Shown piece after piece: positions 9,763-19,398 of a stretch of 64,000 bases of DNA. Position 1 is the first letter of the stretch. Every line of letters starts with the position of its first letter. Under the pieces are notes generated by a model, which worked only from the letters and a program-made list of their open reading frames with translations, made no database searches and was not told where the DNA came from. The position numbers were made by a program, and so were the translations under genes. The stretch comes from Thermoplasmata archaeon (lineage in GTDB: Archaea > Thermoplasmatota > Thermoplasmata > Thermoplasmatales > GCA-001856825), in contig JAKAXD010000001.1 of the NCBI GenBank assembly GCA_021816725.1, positions 313,257 through 377,256 on the forward strand, in the 5' to 3' direction.

Positions 9763-10380
9763 CTAGATATAGTCATCTGAAGATTCTGTTGCATCTTTTT
9801 CTCTTATTATCTTCTTGAGTAGGGGGTGCGGGTCCACTGGCGGTGTATAATCTACTTCTTTTGGCGTCAAAGCCTTTGAATCATTATGTATCGGATGCTT
9901 TGCAGAAAGTACGCTTTTCTTTTCAGTATCCCTTACCAACAGCTCTGACATCGCTCCTCCCACGAATCCAAATGCAACAAGCACCGCCCAATTAGATGGG
10001 AAAAATGCAAGGTAATATGGGAAGCTCGAAAACATTTGCCCGATTGCGGAAACGAACCATGCTCCATATGGGGATACAGTTCCAAGATGATAGACTATTG
10101 TTGAAGACAGGAAGTAGGTTACGGAAGTTGGAACTTGGACTATGTAAGTGAATATGAAGGAAACTACTCCGATCATACCTGCGACTATGGCCGTTATCAA
10201 AAGACCCTTGTATTTTGAGCCAGAAGTTCTGCCTGATACGTATCCTGAAACCATTGGGCCGAATATCGGCAACCACCATAGCAGTAGCGTGGCAACTAGT
10301 GCAATGACAAGAGAGGACCTCCAGGAATATTTCCCCTTTTCCTTATATCTATGCCACCCTTTCAGCAGTATGTGTGACAT
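9763..10380 (-). CDS. Hypothetical membrane protein
   Basis: About 4 hydrophobic segments, LPIFGPMVSGYVSG motif, charged C-terminal tail. Confidence 0.7.
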   Translation of the reverse strand: MSHILLKGWHRYKEKGKYSWRSSLVIALVATLLLWWLPIFGPMVSGYVSGRTSGSKYKGLLITAIVAGMIGVVSFIFTYIVQVPTSVTYFLSSTIVYHLGTVSPYGAWFVSAIGQMFSSFPYYLAFFPSNWAVLVAFGFVGGAMSELLVRDTEKKSVLSAKHPIHNDSKALTPKEVDYTPPVDPHPLLKKIIREKDATESSDDYI

Positions 10381-10513
10381 TAGTCAGACAATATATAATA
10401 AGGATAAAAGCTTTTCCTACTATTCGGCATTATCTTCTTGGTCGGACGATTGTTATTTTGAATGCAATATTATCCAATACAGGGCGCGTTATAAGCACTC
10501 TTATGAAATCCCT

Positions 10514-11527
10514 CTACTTTTCTAATTCTAATTCATGGTAAATAGAAATTAGATCGTCAATCTCCTTTTCTCTGGAGAATTGAATTGCTCTTTTACGCAG
10601 CGTTTCCGGGTCCTTCCTGTACTTCAAAGCGATTGCGATAGATTCGTCGAAATTCTCCGGCTTGGAAAAAAATCCAAAATCGCCTACAGTCTCCCTGAAT
10701 ATTGGAAGTTCATTAAGGAGAACATTTGTACCGCAAGCCATGGCCTCTAACGGTGGTAGACCAAATCCCTCTGCTTCTGAAATGTAAACAAATAGGTCTG
10801 AATTGGAAAGGTACTTCCTGAGGGTTTCGTCATCTACCTCACCGAGAGGGAAGATGTTTCCTGCTTTCTTTGCAAAATCAATTAATCTGTTCGCTCGATC
10901 CTTCCATGAGTTGATCGGACCTATGTGGTATAGTTCATATTCCTTGTTCCTGGACACAACGTCGTAAAGTATGTCGAACCTCTTTCTAGGATTGTAATCT
11001 CCAATCGTAACCAGATGAACCTTCCCGTTGTCTGGAAATAAGTTAACCTCGTCTCGATAGAGCTTAGAACTGTCTACTCCCCGGTATACAACCCTCACTC
11101 TGGCATCATCGAGGCCAAGAGCGTTTAATAATTCTTGCTTTACTACTTTAGTTGATACTAGTAGTATCTTCGAATTGAGTGCCCTCCCGAACATCATATT
11201 GTAGGCGGACCTGTCATACCCCGTTTTGATGAACTCTTCGCGCTTAAGAAAAGGTATGATATCATGGACAGTGACCACATCAACCTTGTTGGGGCTAACT
11301 TCTGGAGCCAGAGCGTGAATTGGGTGAACTAGTCTCCTGTGAAGCATGGTTCCAAATCTTTGGGAAGCAATTCCTCCAACTGGTTCACCAAATGGGGAAA
11401 ATTCCACTTTCCTTATGCCTATAGGCTTAAAGGGATAGTTGATTTTCGCTAGCCCCTGTAGGACCGTATCGACATATGTCTTAATACCGCTATGAACCTT
11501 TATAATTGGGTATACTACAGTGATCAC
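10514..11527 (-). CDS. Glycosyltransferase family 4 (GT-B)
   Basis: TVHD, PRKR and EGFGLPPLEAMACG motifs. Confidence 0.9.
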   Translation of the reverse strand: MITVVYPIIKVHSGIKTYVDTVLQGLAKINYPFKPIGIRKVEFSPFGEPVGGIASQRFGTMLHRRLVHPIHALAPEVSPNKVDVVTVHDIIPFLKREEFIKTGYDRSAYNMMFGRALNSKILLVSTKVVKQELLNALGLDDARVRVVYRGVDSSKLYRDEVNLFPDNGKVHLVTIGDYNPRKRFDILYDVVSRNKEYELYHIGPINSWKDRANRLIDFAKKAGNIFPLGEVDDETLRKYLSNSDLFVYISEAEGFGLPPLEAMACGTNVLLNELPIFRETVGDFGFFSKPENFDESIAIALKYRKDPETLRKRAIQFSREKEIDDLISIYHELELEK

Positions 11528-12001
11528 TTCGTGTCTATTATTACATCTTATTAATTCTTAGCTTCCAGAGCTGAAGTGGCAGGGAAACAGAGAATTCTTT
11601 CCTCTTTTGTCTTTGATACTTGCAACCAGTTAGCAGATCGTCAGTGAGTATAATCTCCATTCGCGCTTAAATGGTATATAGTTACATCGGAACCCCTTAT
11701 TTTTGGAGATGGAGCTGACATTTGGTTGGACTGCAAATCTCGTTAATTTACTCAAAAGAAAAAGGAATAGCATAAGCCCAGGAATGCAAGGCTCTGTCAC
11801 GCCTATTCACCATACTTCAATTTAACTTTCTTGAGGGCAATAGCAATTGAATATGTGTAAAAAAGAGGTCTGTTGTTTTTCAACTTTATAAGTAGATTCG
11901 ATTTCATAAAGTAGCTTTCTACGCAAGGCATGTCGTACAAGAGACTGCTGTAAACTCTCTAGGCTAGGAATAGTATTTGTATAAAGAGATATAGGAAGTT
12001 A

Positions 12002-12253
12002 ATGGATGTTTTTTCGGCCCTGAATGTTTACGGTTCCATCGCGCTCGTAATAATGATGGTATTTTACATGTTCGAGAATCGGTCGCCAATTTACACTTTG
12101 CTTTTTGGCCTGATGTGCATTACAACTTCTGTATATGGGTTCCTAGCGGGCACTTGGCCGTTTGGAGTTATTGAGCTTGCCTGGTTCGTAGTAGCGGTTA
12201 GAAAATACCTGAGGATTAGGAATGGAGATAGAGTCGCAGTTAATGCCGGATAA
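12002..12253 (+). CDS. Small 3-TM membrane protein
   Basis: 83 aa with three hydrophobic helices and YGFLAGTWPFGVIE. TATA-like sequence about 24 nt upstream. Confidence 0.7.
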   Translation: MDVFSALNVYGSIALVIMMVFYMFENRSPIYTLLFGLMCITTSVYGFLAGTWPFGVIELAWFVVAVRKYLRIRNGDRVAVNAG

Positions 12254-12354
12254 ACCAGCAAGTGGAAAATCCATGTGAGAAATCGAATAGATCAAAGACA
12301 TTGATGTTGTTGCGGACCTTTAAAAGGTTTTATAAGAGCTTTCGTTTACAACCC

Positions 12355-13155
12355 GTGCAATCTGATTCTTTGGGGCGAATTTCTGTCATAATTGCCTCAC
12401 TCAACGACCCTAGAATCTCAAAGACACTTGAATCTCTCTCTTTTCAGACAGTAAAACCCTATGAGATAATCGTTGCCGACGGTGGCACAACCTGGAACAT
12501 AGAGGATGTATGCAGGAAATACGGTGCCAGACTTGAGCATCTTCCAGGAAACATAATCGAATCCAGAAACCAAGCATTATCCCTGGTAAGCGGTGATTTG
12601 ATAGCCTTCATCGACACTGATGAAACAGCAATTCCAGAATGGCTAGAAAGACTTTCAATGCCCATACTAGAAGGTAGAGCTGATTTCACGGGCGGTCCGA
12701 TGAAACACTTTGAGCCGAAGTATGGCCCGGAGAGATACGTGAACATGATAGAAGATTATATCTATGAATACCAGGTTCCCGCAAACATTGCGTTCCTGCC
12801 CCTCGGGAATACCATGTGGAAGAAGACAGTATTTGAGAAACTCGGAGGATTTGACGAATCCATCCCGTATGGAGAAGACTACGATATCAACATCAGAGCG
12901 ATCAACGGAGGATTTAGGGGGACTTACATACCAGATGCAGTGATTTACCACGACCATTCAGAATTTGACTCATACTATAAACTGCTGAGGAAGCGATACG
13001 CATACTTAAGGGCGGCTGCAAAGGTATTCATCAAGAATAGGTCATTAAGGATGAGAATGAACTCAAAGACAGGGGGGAAGGTCAATCACCCTTTCCACAT
13101 CATAGAAACTTTATTGAAGCCGGTTGCCCTGATTGACGCGTTTATCAGAAGTTGA
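12355..13155 (+). CDS. Glycosyltransferase family 2 (GT-A)
   Basis: ISVII, EIIVADGG, AFIDTDE (DxD), GGFDE and EDYD motifs. GTG 12355 preferred because it follows TTTATAAG. Confidence 0.88.
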   Translation: MQSDSLGRISVIIASLNDPRISKTLESLSFQTVKPYEIIVADGGTTWNIEDVCRKYGARLEHLPGNIIESRNQALSLVSGDLIAFIDTDETAIPEWLERLSMPILEGRADFTGGPMKHFEPKYGPERYVNMIEDYIYEYQVPANIAFLPLGNTMWKKTVFEKLGGFDESIPYGEDYDINIRAINGGFRGTYIPDAVIYHDHSEFDSYYKLLRKRYAYLRAAAKVFIKNRSLRMRMNSKTGGKVNHPFHIIETLLKPVALIDAFIRS

Positions 13156-13188
13156 TATGTATTTATACGATACGTTAATGCGCTTGGG

Positions 13189-14601
13189 ATGAAGGTTGTT
13201 GTTATTGGGCTAGACGGAGCCTGCTGGGATCCGATATTACCCTATATCAACAAAGGCGAGCTCCCCGGCTATGCGCAATTCTGGAAAAATGGGCTTCACG
13301 GCTCTCTCCTTTCCACAATTCCTTATCTTACACAACCTGCATGGAAGTCATATTCATTGGGTAAAAATCCTGGAAAGACGGGCGTATATCATTGGACAAG
13401 GATTGACTGGAAGGAATTCAAGTTTAGGAGCCTGAACTCACTCAGTTTTCACGGGGATGACTATTGGGATATACTATCAGAGAAGGGTCACAGGGTTTCC
13501 ATAATTGATATGCCTTCGACGTTTCCTCCGGACAAGGTGAACGGTGTAATGATATCAGGTATGAACCATGGTGATGGACCGTGGACTTACCCCGAAGATT
13601 TTGAAAAGCAGATTCCATCTTCATTTGTTAAGGACGGGATACATCTCTTCAGAAGGAACCAGGACCCAGAAGTGACAATGGATGGAATTGAGTCAGAGAT
13701 AAAGTCGAGATTCGAAATGGCTATGCAGCTATGGGATGCAGACCTCATCCATCTTTCGGTTGAGATGAATGATCATGTTGCTCATTTCATGTGGAATAAT
13801 GACCACATAATGTATCGAAATTTTAGGGCCAACGATGAGGGAATTCAGAAGATACTCAAAGAAAACAAGGAGGGGTATACTATTCTAATGAGCGACCATG
13901 GAAACGGGCCGATTGAAGATGAATTCTATACAAACGAATTTTTGGCCAAGGAGGGTTTTCTATCTCTGAAGGAGAGTGATTCCAAGGGCGTTTCAAGAGA
14001 ATCTATTGTGAATTTTGGTACGAAATTGAGACTGGACAGGGTAGTGAACAAGCTGCCTAACAGTATTCAGAACAGGATAGTGAAGAGGATCAGGTTGATA
14101 GATAGTGTGATGGAATCAGACCCAGAGAAGAGGATAAACTGGAAGGAATCGAGAGTAATAGCACTAGACGAGGGATTGCTCTATATCAATCCTATGTATC
14201 AGGAGGAAAAAGAACAGATCATAGATGAACTTACAAAGAAACTTTCATCTTTAAAATCAAAGTCTGGGAAGAGCGTTATCAAGAATATTCTCAGGGGAAA
14301 TGAAGTCTACTGGGGTCCCTACGTATCCGATGGCCCAGACCTAGTTGCCATTTCAAACGAGATATACCACCAAAGACTCCCGCTATCCGGCTACTTGTGG
14401 GCTTCAGACATTCCGGAGGAAAGTTGGGGGTATCGATTCCCTCAAGTAGGGCACCACAGGATTAAGGGCATATTAGGAATGGTCGGGCCTGGAATTGGCC
14501 CAAGGGAAGTCAATGCAAGCATCTATGATCTTGCGCCAACAATTCTCAAACTATTCGGGTGCGAGATCCCTGACGACATGGACGGCAAACCTATCATCTA
14601 G
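13189..14601 (+). CDS. Alkaline phosphatase superfamily protein (type I phosphodiesterase/nucleotide pyrophosphatase-like)
   Basis: IGLDGA, STIPYLTQPAW (Thr nucleophile position), DHVAH, SDHG, GHHR, IYDLAPT, DMDGKP. Confidence 0.88.
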   Translation: MKVVVIGLDGACWDPILPYINKGELPGYAQFWKNGLHGSLLSTIPYLTQPAWKSYSLGKNPGKTGVYHWTRIDWKEFKFRSLNSLSFHGDDYWDILSEKGHRVSIIDMPSTFPPDKVNGVMISGMNHGDGPWTYPEDFEKQIPSSFVKDGIHLFRRNQDPEVTMDGIESEIKSRFEMAMQLWDADLIHLSVEMNDHVAHFMWNNDHIMYRNFRANDEGIQKILKENKEGYTILMSDHGNGPIEDEFYTNEFLAKEGFLSLKESDSKGVSRESIVNFGTKLRLDRVVNKLPNSIQNRIVKRIRLIDSVMESDPEKRINWKESRVIALDEGLLYINPMYQEEKEQIIDELTKKLSSLKSKSGKSVIKNILRGNEVYWGPYVSDGPDLVAISNEIYHQRLPLSGYLWASDIPEESWGYRFPQVGHHRIKGILGMVGPGIGPREVNASIYDLAPTILKLFGCEIPDDMDGKPII

Positions 14602-14618
14602 AAAAGGAGTTAAATAGT

Positions 14619-15794
14619 ACGGACAAGAGGAATGTTTTTATCATCTCCATCGGGTCTTCCATAAGGACATTTGGAACAGGTGGAGTCTGGAGCTTCACGC
14701 CGCTATTCATGAAGAACGAACTCCAGATATCGCTGTTACTGATCGGATTGATTTTTGCTATTAACGCAATCTTTGGGGGGTTCGTCCAGATATATGCGGG
14801 CCACCTTGGTGACAAATATGGTTTCAAGAGAATTATACTTATTTTCGCATTTACGTATATCCTTACGCTGCTCCTTCTCTTCTCAAGCGCCTTGTTCTTC
14901 CCAATCCCAATGGTATTTGTCTTATTGTTCATCATCAATCAGGCGGTGGGAAGCCTTATAATGCCTTCGCTGAGTGCATTGTTATCCATTAGCAGCGACG
15001 TGCCGCTCGCGGGCTTCTCCTACATGAGGGTCGCCTCGAACCTTGGCTGGGCATTTGGCCCTGCATTGGCGGGTGTGATAGCCGGTACCCTTGGCTATCC
15101 GTACATATACTTCGTTGCAGCACTCACTGCAATAGGCACATTCCCGTTGTACTTCTTCCTAAGGGAGATGAAGGTCGAAGGGAAGGAAGTTGAGAGATTT
15201 TCGTTTCACAAGGTAAACAAGGAACTGTACCTATTCGGAATAGGAGTGGTTTTCCTGTTCGTCGTTGTTTCCCAGTTTTCTGTTACCCTATCAATCTACG
15301 CAAACAATTTTGTAGGTCTCAGCACAAGTGCTATAGGCCTTATTTATTTTGTAAACGGTATTTCCGTTGCAGCATTCCAGCTGCCGATATACCGGCTAGT
15401 CAGGAGAATCGGCTTATGGAACGGCATGATCATTGGTTCCGTGCTTTATATCATTGGCTATTTCTCAATGGCCTTAGACCACAGTCTCTGGCAGTTCATG
15501 GTATCCATGCTCATTGTGACGATGGGGGAAAACTCTGTTACCCCCACGGGAAGCGCAATGGTTTCGAAGATAGCAAATGGAAAGTCCCTTGGAGCCCACA
15601 TGGGCGTTTACAACTTTTTCATGTCCCTAGGGAGAGGCATGGGACCAAGCTACGGTTCTTTCCTACTTTCATACCTCGTCAGTCCGTTTGATATCTGGGG
15701 GCTGGCAGTAGTCCCTGCAATGGTCGGGATAATCATATTTGTGACAAGGCGATCTGAAGAGAATAAAAGGAATCCTTCTATGCCGTTTGCCTAA
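14619..15794 (+). CDS. MFS transporter, start uncertain (probable ACG at 14619; first ATG 14709)
   Basis: GHLGDKYGFKR motif A and NLGWAFGPALAG. TM1 lies upstream of the first ATG, in frame. Confidence 0.8.
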   Translation, partial: TDKRNVFIISIGSSIRTFGTGGVWSFTPLFMKNELQISLLLIGLIFAINAIFGGFVQIYAGHLGDKYGFKRIILIFAFTYILTLLLLFSSALFFPIPMVFVLLFIINQAVGSLIMPSLSALLSISSDVPLAGFSYMRVASNLGWAFGPALAGVIAGTLGYPYIYFVAALTAIGTFPLYFFLREMKVEGKEVERFSFHKVNKELYLFGIGVVFLFVVVSQFSVTLSIYANNFVGLSTSAIGLIYFVNGISVAAFQLPIYRLVRRIGLWNGMIIGSVLYIIGYFSMALDHSLWQFMVSMLIVTMGENSVTPTGSAMVSKIANGKSLGAHMGVYNFFMSLGRGMGPSYGSFLLSYLVSPFDIWGLAVVPAMVGIIIFVTRRSEENKRNPSMPFA

Positions 15795-15859
15795 AATTTT
15801 GCGTCTAAAGTCAATCTTTCATTAAGTTTAGCATAAATGCTGATATCAACCATATAATC

Positions 15860-15887
15860 CCGATCAGATCAAAAAGTATCTGATTGG
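15860..15887. terminator. Inverted repeat between the convergent MFS gene and rpl12
   Basis: CCGATCAGAT-N8-ATCTGATTGG, 10-bp stem with one G-U pair. Confidence 0.35.
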
Positions 15888-15971
15888 AATAAATGCCGTA
15901 CCCGAATATACCCAAGGGTAAGATATAAAATAGAAGAAATAGAATAAACGATCTCGGGTTCATTCAGCTAT

Positions 15972-16277
15972 CTACCCGAACAAAGCACCGAGTCCAGCGA
16001 CTGCTTCTTCTTCGCTCTTTTCGTCCTTCTTTTCCTCTTTCTTCTCTTCCTTCTTTTCTTCCTTCTTCTGAGGCTCTGCCTGCGCTACCGGCTGGGCGGC
16101 CACCATGGATGATTTTATTGCCTCTTCTATGTTGACTCCCTCCAGGGAAGCAACAAGACTCTTCACTCTAGCAGGGTCTGGTGTGACTCCTGCTGCCTTG
16201 AGTATCTGCGTAATACCATCTTCGGTGATCGGTTTTCCGACAGAGTTCAGTATCAGTGCGCTGTATATGTATTCCAT
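15972..16277 (-). CDS. rpl12: Ribosomal stalk protein aP1 (L12p)
   Basis: [10 protein letters not shown]...[13 protein letters not shown], preceded by a GGGGTGA Shine-Dalgarno (SD) sequence. Confidence 0.96.
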   Translation of the reverse strand: MEYIYSALILNSVGKPITEDGITQILKAAGVTPDPARVKSLVASLEGVNIEEAIKSSMVAAQPVAQAEPQKKEEKKEEKKEEKKDEKSEEEAVAGLGALFG

Positions 16278-16330
16278 ACTTTTCACCCCTAATTACTCCA
16301 AGATAATAAACTAAGCGTCTTAAACATTTT

Positions 16331-17185
16331 CTATGCACCCCTTGGAACCTTGCCTTCCAGAGACTTTGCAATAGAGTTGCCTTTTGCAAGTAGCATTTTG
16401 ATATTCTCCTTTGTAGGATATGAAGCAGCCAAGCTGACCGCAATTGCATTTTTGTAGGCATTGGAAATGAAAATCGGTGCTGTTTCCCTGTTGTAGTAGT
16501 TGATGTGCAACGACAGGCCTATGGCCATGGAATGGCCGGAAACAAGTCTGTTTACGAAGTCCTGCGTTGATGTCCCAAGTACGCTCTTGTCGAAGACTAT
16601 GCCTTCTTCATATGCAGCCCTGAAATCCAGGCCTATCTCAAGGGGCATGATTTCTAGTTTTGCCATTGCAATGGCTTTCTCCCTTGAAATTTTCTCTCCC
16701 TTCTTAACAAGAACTGTCTCCTTCCTGATGACTACCTTCCCCTGGTCTATAGACGCGGGTATCCCTGCCTTCTGCAGCTCCCCGACGACTGGTCCAGGTT
16801 TGAGACTGGTTGGTTTAGCTTCCAAGACAATGTCCTCTGGTGCAGTCTCTCCGCCCTTCGCAGGAGCCTTAGTCCTGCTGCTCTCAATCTCCCTGAAAAG
16901 TTTGAATGGATTCTCCTTTGAGAATATTGCAGCAACAGGTCCGTCCATGTAGTTTTCCATTCCCCTTATTGCTTCAATGTTCATCTCTTCAAATGCCCTC
17001 TTGAGGAATGTTTTCTTTACAACCTTTATCTTCGCTTTTCCCCTCAGTGCTCTTCGTATTTCCTGGAACTGCCTACCTGGTACTCTCTCGATACCAACAA
17101 GTGCTATTGACTTTGAGTTTCGAATTTCCTCTGAAAGTGACTTTATCGCATGGTCCTTGTATTCAGAGAACCTGTTTTCCTTCAT
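16331..17185 (-). CDS. rpl10: Ribosomal protein uL10 (aP0)
   Basis: QEIRRALRG, NPFKL and APAKGGETAPEDIV...KPGPVVGELQKAGIPA. Operon position fits. Confidence 0.95.
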   Translation of the reverse strand: MKENRFSEYKDHAIKSLSEEIRNSKSIALVGIERVPGRQFQEIRRALRGKAKIKVVKKTFLKRAFEEMNIEAIRGMENYMDGPVAAIFSKENPFKLFREIESSRTKAPAKGGETAPEDIVLEAKPTSLKPGPVVGELQKAGIPASIDQGKVVIRKETVLVKKGEKISREKAIAMAKLEIMPLEIGLDFRAAYEEGIVFDKSVLGTSTQDFVNRLVSGHSMAIGLSLHINYYNRETAPIFISNAYKNAIAVSLAASYPTKENIKMLLAKGNSIAKSLEGKVPRGA

Positions 17186-17830
17186 TTACTTCACCTCAAC
17201 CTTTACTGCAGGACCCATCGTCGTCTTCACATATACTGTCCTGATGTTGTCCCCACCCTTCTCTAGCTTTGACTCTATCCTCTTTATTACTTCCAGCCCG
17301 TTCTCGACTATTTTGTCAACTTCCATGTCTTTAGTGCCTATAGGTACATGAACTACTGGTCTCTCTTTGCTCCTCGCTTTCACTGTTCTCCTCAGATTGT
17401 TTATTATGGGAACTGGATCTACAGTAGCTGGAATCGGTCTAGGCATCTTTCCTCTTGGACCCATTATACCACCCAGTATCTTACCAACCCTGGGCATCAG
17501 TGCTATTTCAGCAAGGAAAAAATCAGTCTCGTTGACCATTTTCTTGGTCGCTCTCTTGTTATCGCTCATCTTGTCGAGTTCTTCGGCGGAAATGAATTTA
17601 TCAACTGAACCCTTTGCCTTAGATGCCATTTCATTCCCAGAAATCAGTCCGATCTTTACCTTCCTCCCTCTTCCATTGGGGAGTACAATCTCCTCGTTGA
17701 TTCTGTTCTTTGGATTTGACAAATCAACATCCTTGAGGTTTATCGCAATATCTATTGTCTCCCCAAAATTCCTCTTGGGAGACTTATTTATTGCCTCCTC
17801 TAGACTCTTCTTTAAAGTTTCACTTTCCAT
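17186..17830 (-). CDS. rpl1: Ribosomal protein uL1
   Basis: KRNFGETIDIAINLKD, GPRGKMPRP, YVKTTMGP. Confidence 0.96.
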   Translation of the reverse strand: MESETLKKSLEEAINKSPKRNFGETIDIAINLKDVDLSNPKNRINEEIVLPNGRGRKVKIGLISGNEMASKAKGSVDKFISAEELDKMSDNKRATKKMVNETDFFLAEIALMPRVGKILGGIMGPRGKMPRPIPATVDPVPIINNLRRTVKARSKERPVVHVPIGTKDMEVDKIVENGLEVIKRIESKLEKGGDNIRTVYVKTTMGPAVKVEVK

Positions 17831-17841
17831 TAGTATACACC

Positions 17842-17876
17842 AGAGTAGTCTCGCGAGCGAAGGGCTCTTCTACTCT
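17842..17876 (-). promoter_or_regulatory. uL1-binding autoregulatory mRNA structure upstream of rpl1
   Basis: RNA AGAGUAG-AA-GAGC-CCUUC-GCUC-GCGAGA-CUACUCU: two helices around a 2x6 asymmetric loop, like known L1 mRNA sites. Confidence 0.75.
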
Positions 17877-18342
17877 AGATGGCGATTGACCCGTCTTTAA
17901 TAAGTTTTTGTATCTCCCTAGGATCCTTGCCATCAACTGTAATACCCATCGATACGCATGTTCCTAGCACTTCCATCACCGCTGATTTTATGGAACTCGC
18001 AGTCATGTTGTCTATCTTCATTTCTGCAACCTTCTTTATCTGGCTTACCTTGAGGTCCCCCGATATTTTTGTCTTGGAGGCACCGGTAGCAGTCTCAATT
18101 CCAAGCTCCTTCTTCAGGAGTGCTGAGACTGGGGGTTTTCCAACAGATATTTCAAATTTCTTTGTCTCCGGATCTACTATCACCTTTACGGGTACCTGCA
18201 TACCAGAGAACAGTTTCGTCTTGTCGTTTATTTCCTTCAGCACGAGGCCAATGTTCACACCCATTGGTCCAAGTGCTGGTCCTAGTGGCGGTCCAGCAGT
18301 TGCCTTTCCACCTTCAACCATTACAGATATTTCTTGCGGCAT
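17875..18342 (-). CDS. rpl11: Ribosomal protein uL11
   Basis: GGKATAGPPLGPALGP, GTCVSMG. Confidence 0.96.
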   Translation of the reverse strand: MPQEISVMVEGGKATAGPPLGPALGPMGVNIGLVLKEINDKTKLFSGMQVPVKVIVDPETKKFEISVGKPPVSALLKKELGIETATGASKTKISGDLKVSQIKKVAEMKIDNMTASSIKSAVMEVLGTCVSMGITVDGKDPREIQKLIKDGSIAI

Positions 18343-18345
18343 TCT

Positions 18346-19161
18346 TTACACCTCTTTCTCCAACAATTTGACAGAATCAGCTTTCACAGTGAGCGGAATT
18401 GGCACAATGGCATTCTGAAGTTCAAGCGTTATTTCATCCTTCTGACTGTCTACATGGGTAATCCTTGCCTTCTCCCCCTTGAATGGTCCTTCAGTCACCT
18501 CGACGAAATTGCCTACTCCAAGGGACTCCACTGCTGGCTTGGATACCAGATAATTCTCAATCTCAGATAGCTGAACCTCTCCCGCTATCATGTTCCTTGC
18601 CCCTCTCACCGTCCGGAGCAATCCCATGGTCCTATCAGGGTAGAGCGTTTCAATAAAAATATAACCTTTTACGTCCGGCGGAACGAGTATCGAGAATATG
18701 TACTCCTGTTTCTCTATTTTTGCCTTCAGTCCAATATCTCTTGCAATCTTGATCTCCTGGCCAATTGTCGTCTTGACGACGATAATTGTCTGTTTCACCT
18801 TAATGGAGAAGAGATTGCTGGAATTTCCATCGGATTTCAGTACAACTGTTGCGTAATCCCCTATTTCCCCTCCCTTTGGCGTCTCAACGGAGAGCGAATG
18901 GACCTCAATTGCCTTGGGCTTCAGCTTGTATTGTATCTTCAGCAAGTCCTGGTTCTTAGGTGATATAGCTACCTGCTTACCCCTCTTCTGTTCCTCAATC
19001 AAGAACCATTCTATTTCTTCCTTCTGTTCGTGGACATCTAACGAAAGTTCTAAGGATCCTTCTTTCTCCGCTGCTTCTTCATTTTCTATGACCAGGTTGA
19101 ATGGCACCTTCTTATTGGTGCCAACTTCAGAATCCTTGCCGTCACAGCTCCATTTGACCAT
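18346..19161 (-). CDS. spt5: Transcription elongation factor Spt5/NusG with a ~125-aa N-terminal extension
   Basis: KTTIGQE...KGYIFIE NGN domain and GPFKGEKARIT KOW domain. Located between secE and rpl11. Confidence 0.92.
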   Translation of the reverse strand: MVKWSCDGKDSEVGTNKKVPFNLVIENEEAAEKEGSLELSLDVHEQKEEIEWFLIEEQKRGKQVAISPKNQDLLKIQYKLKPKAIEVHSLSVETPKGGEIGDYATVVLKSDGNSSNLFSIKVKQTIIVVKTTIGQEIKIARDIGLKAKIEKQEYIFSILVPPDVKGYIFIETLYPDRTMGLLRTVRGARNMIAGEVQLSEIENYLVSKPAVESLGVGNFVEVTEGPFKGEKARITHVDSQKDEITLELQNAIVPIPLTVKADSVKLLEKEV

Positions 19162-19386
19162 CTACGGCACCTTGAAAAGGACGTTCATAAGGAGGTAGAT
19201 GATGAACCCAACCCCCCCTATAATTATAATTCCAATTCCTGTAATCAGTGAAGACTTTCCGAATTCATCCCTGGTTGGCTTTTTTGCCATTTTGAGAATT
19301 CTGGAATACTTTCCTCTACCTATCCTCTTTACTCGTTCTGTAATAGAATCTTCTAGATCCTCTATCCTATCATCCATATCAACCAT
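19162..19386 (-). CDS. secE: Protein translocase SecE/Sec61 gamma
   Basis: RILKMAKKPTRDEF followed by one TM helix, in the conserved ftsZ-secE-spt5 context. Confidence 0.93.
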   Translation of the reverse strand: MVDMDDRIEDLEDSITERVKRIGRGKYSRILKMAKKPTRDEFGKSSLITGIGIIIIGGVGFIIYLLMNVLFKVP

Positions 19387-19398
19387 ATATGGCTACCT

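Noticed and set aside
11528..12001. 474-bp gap as an IS remnant or RNA gene
   Set aside because: No terminal inverted repeats, transposase fragment or tRNA-like fold that I could recognise.
16005..16070. TTC/TCT-rich repeat tract
   Set aside because: Encodes the ordinary Lys/Glu hinge of aP1.
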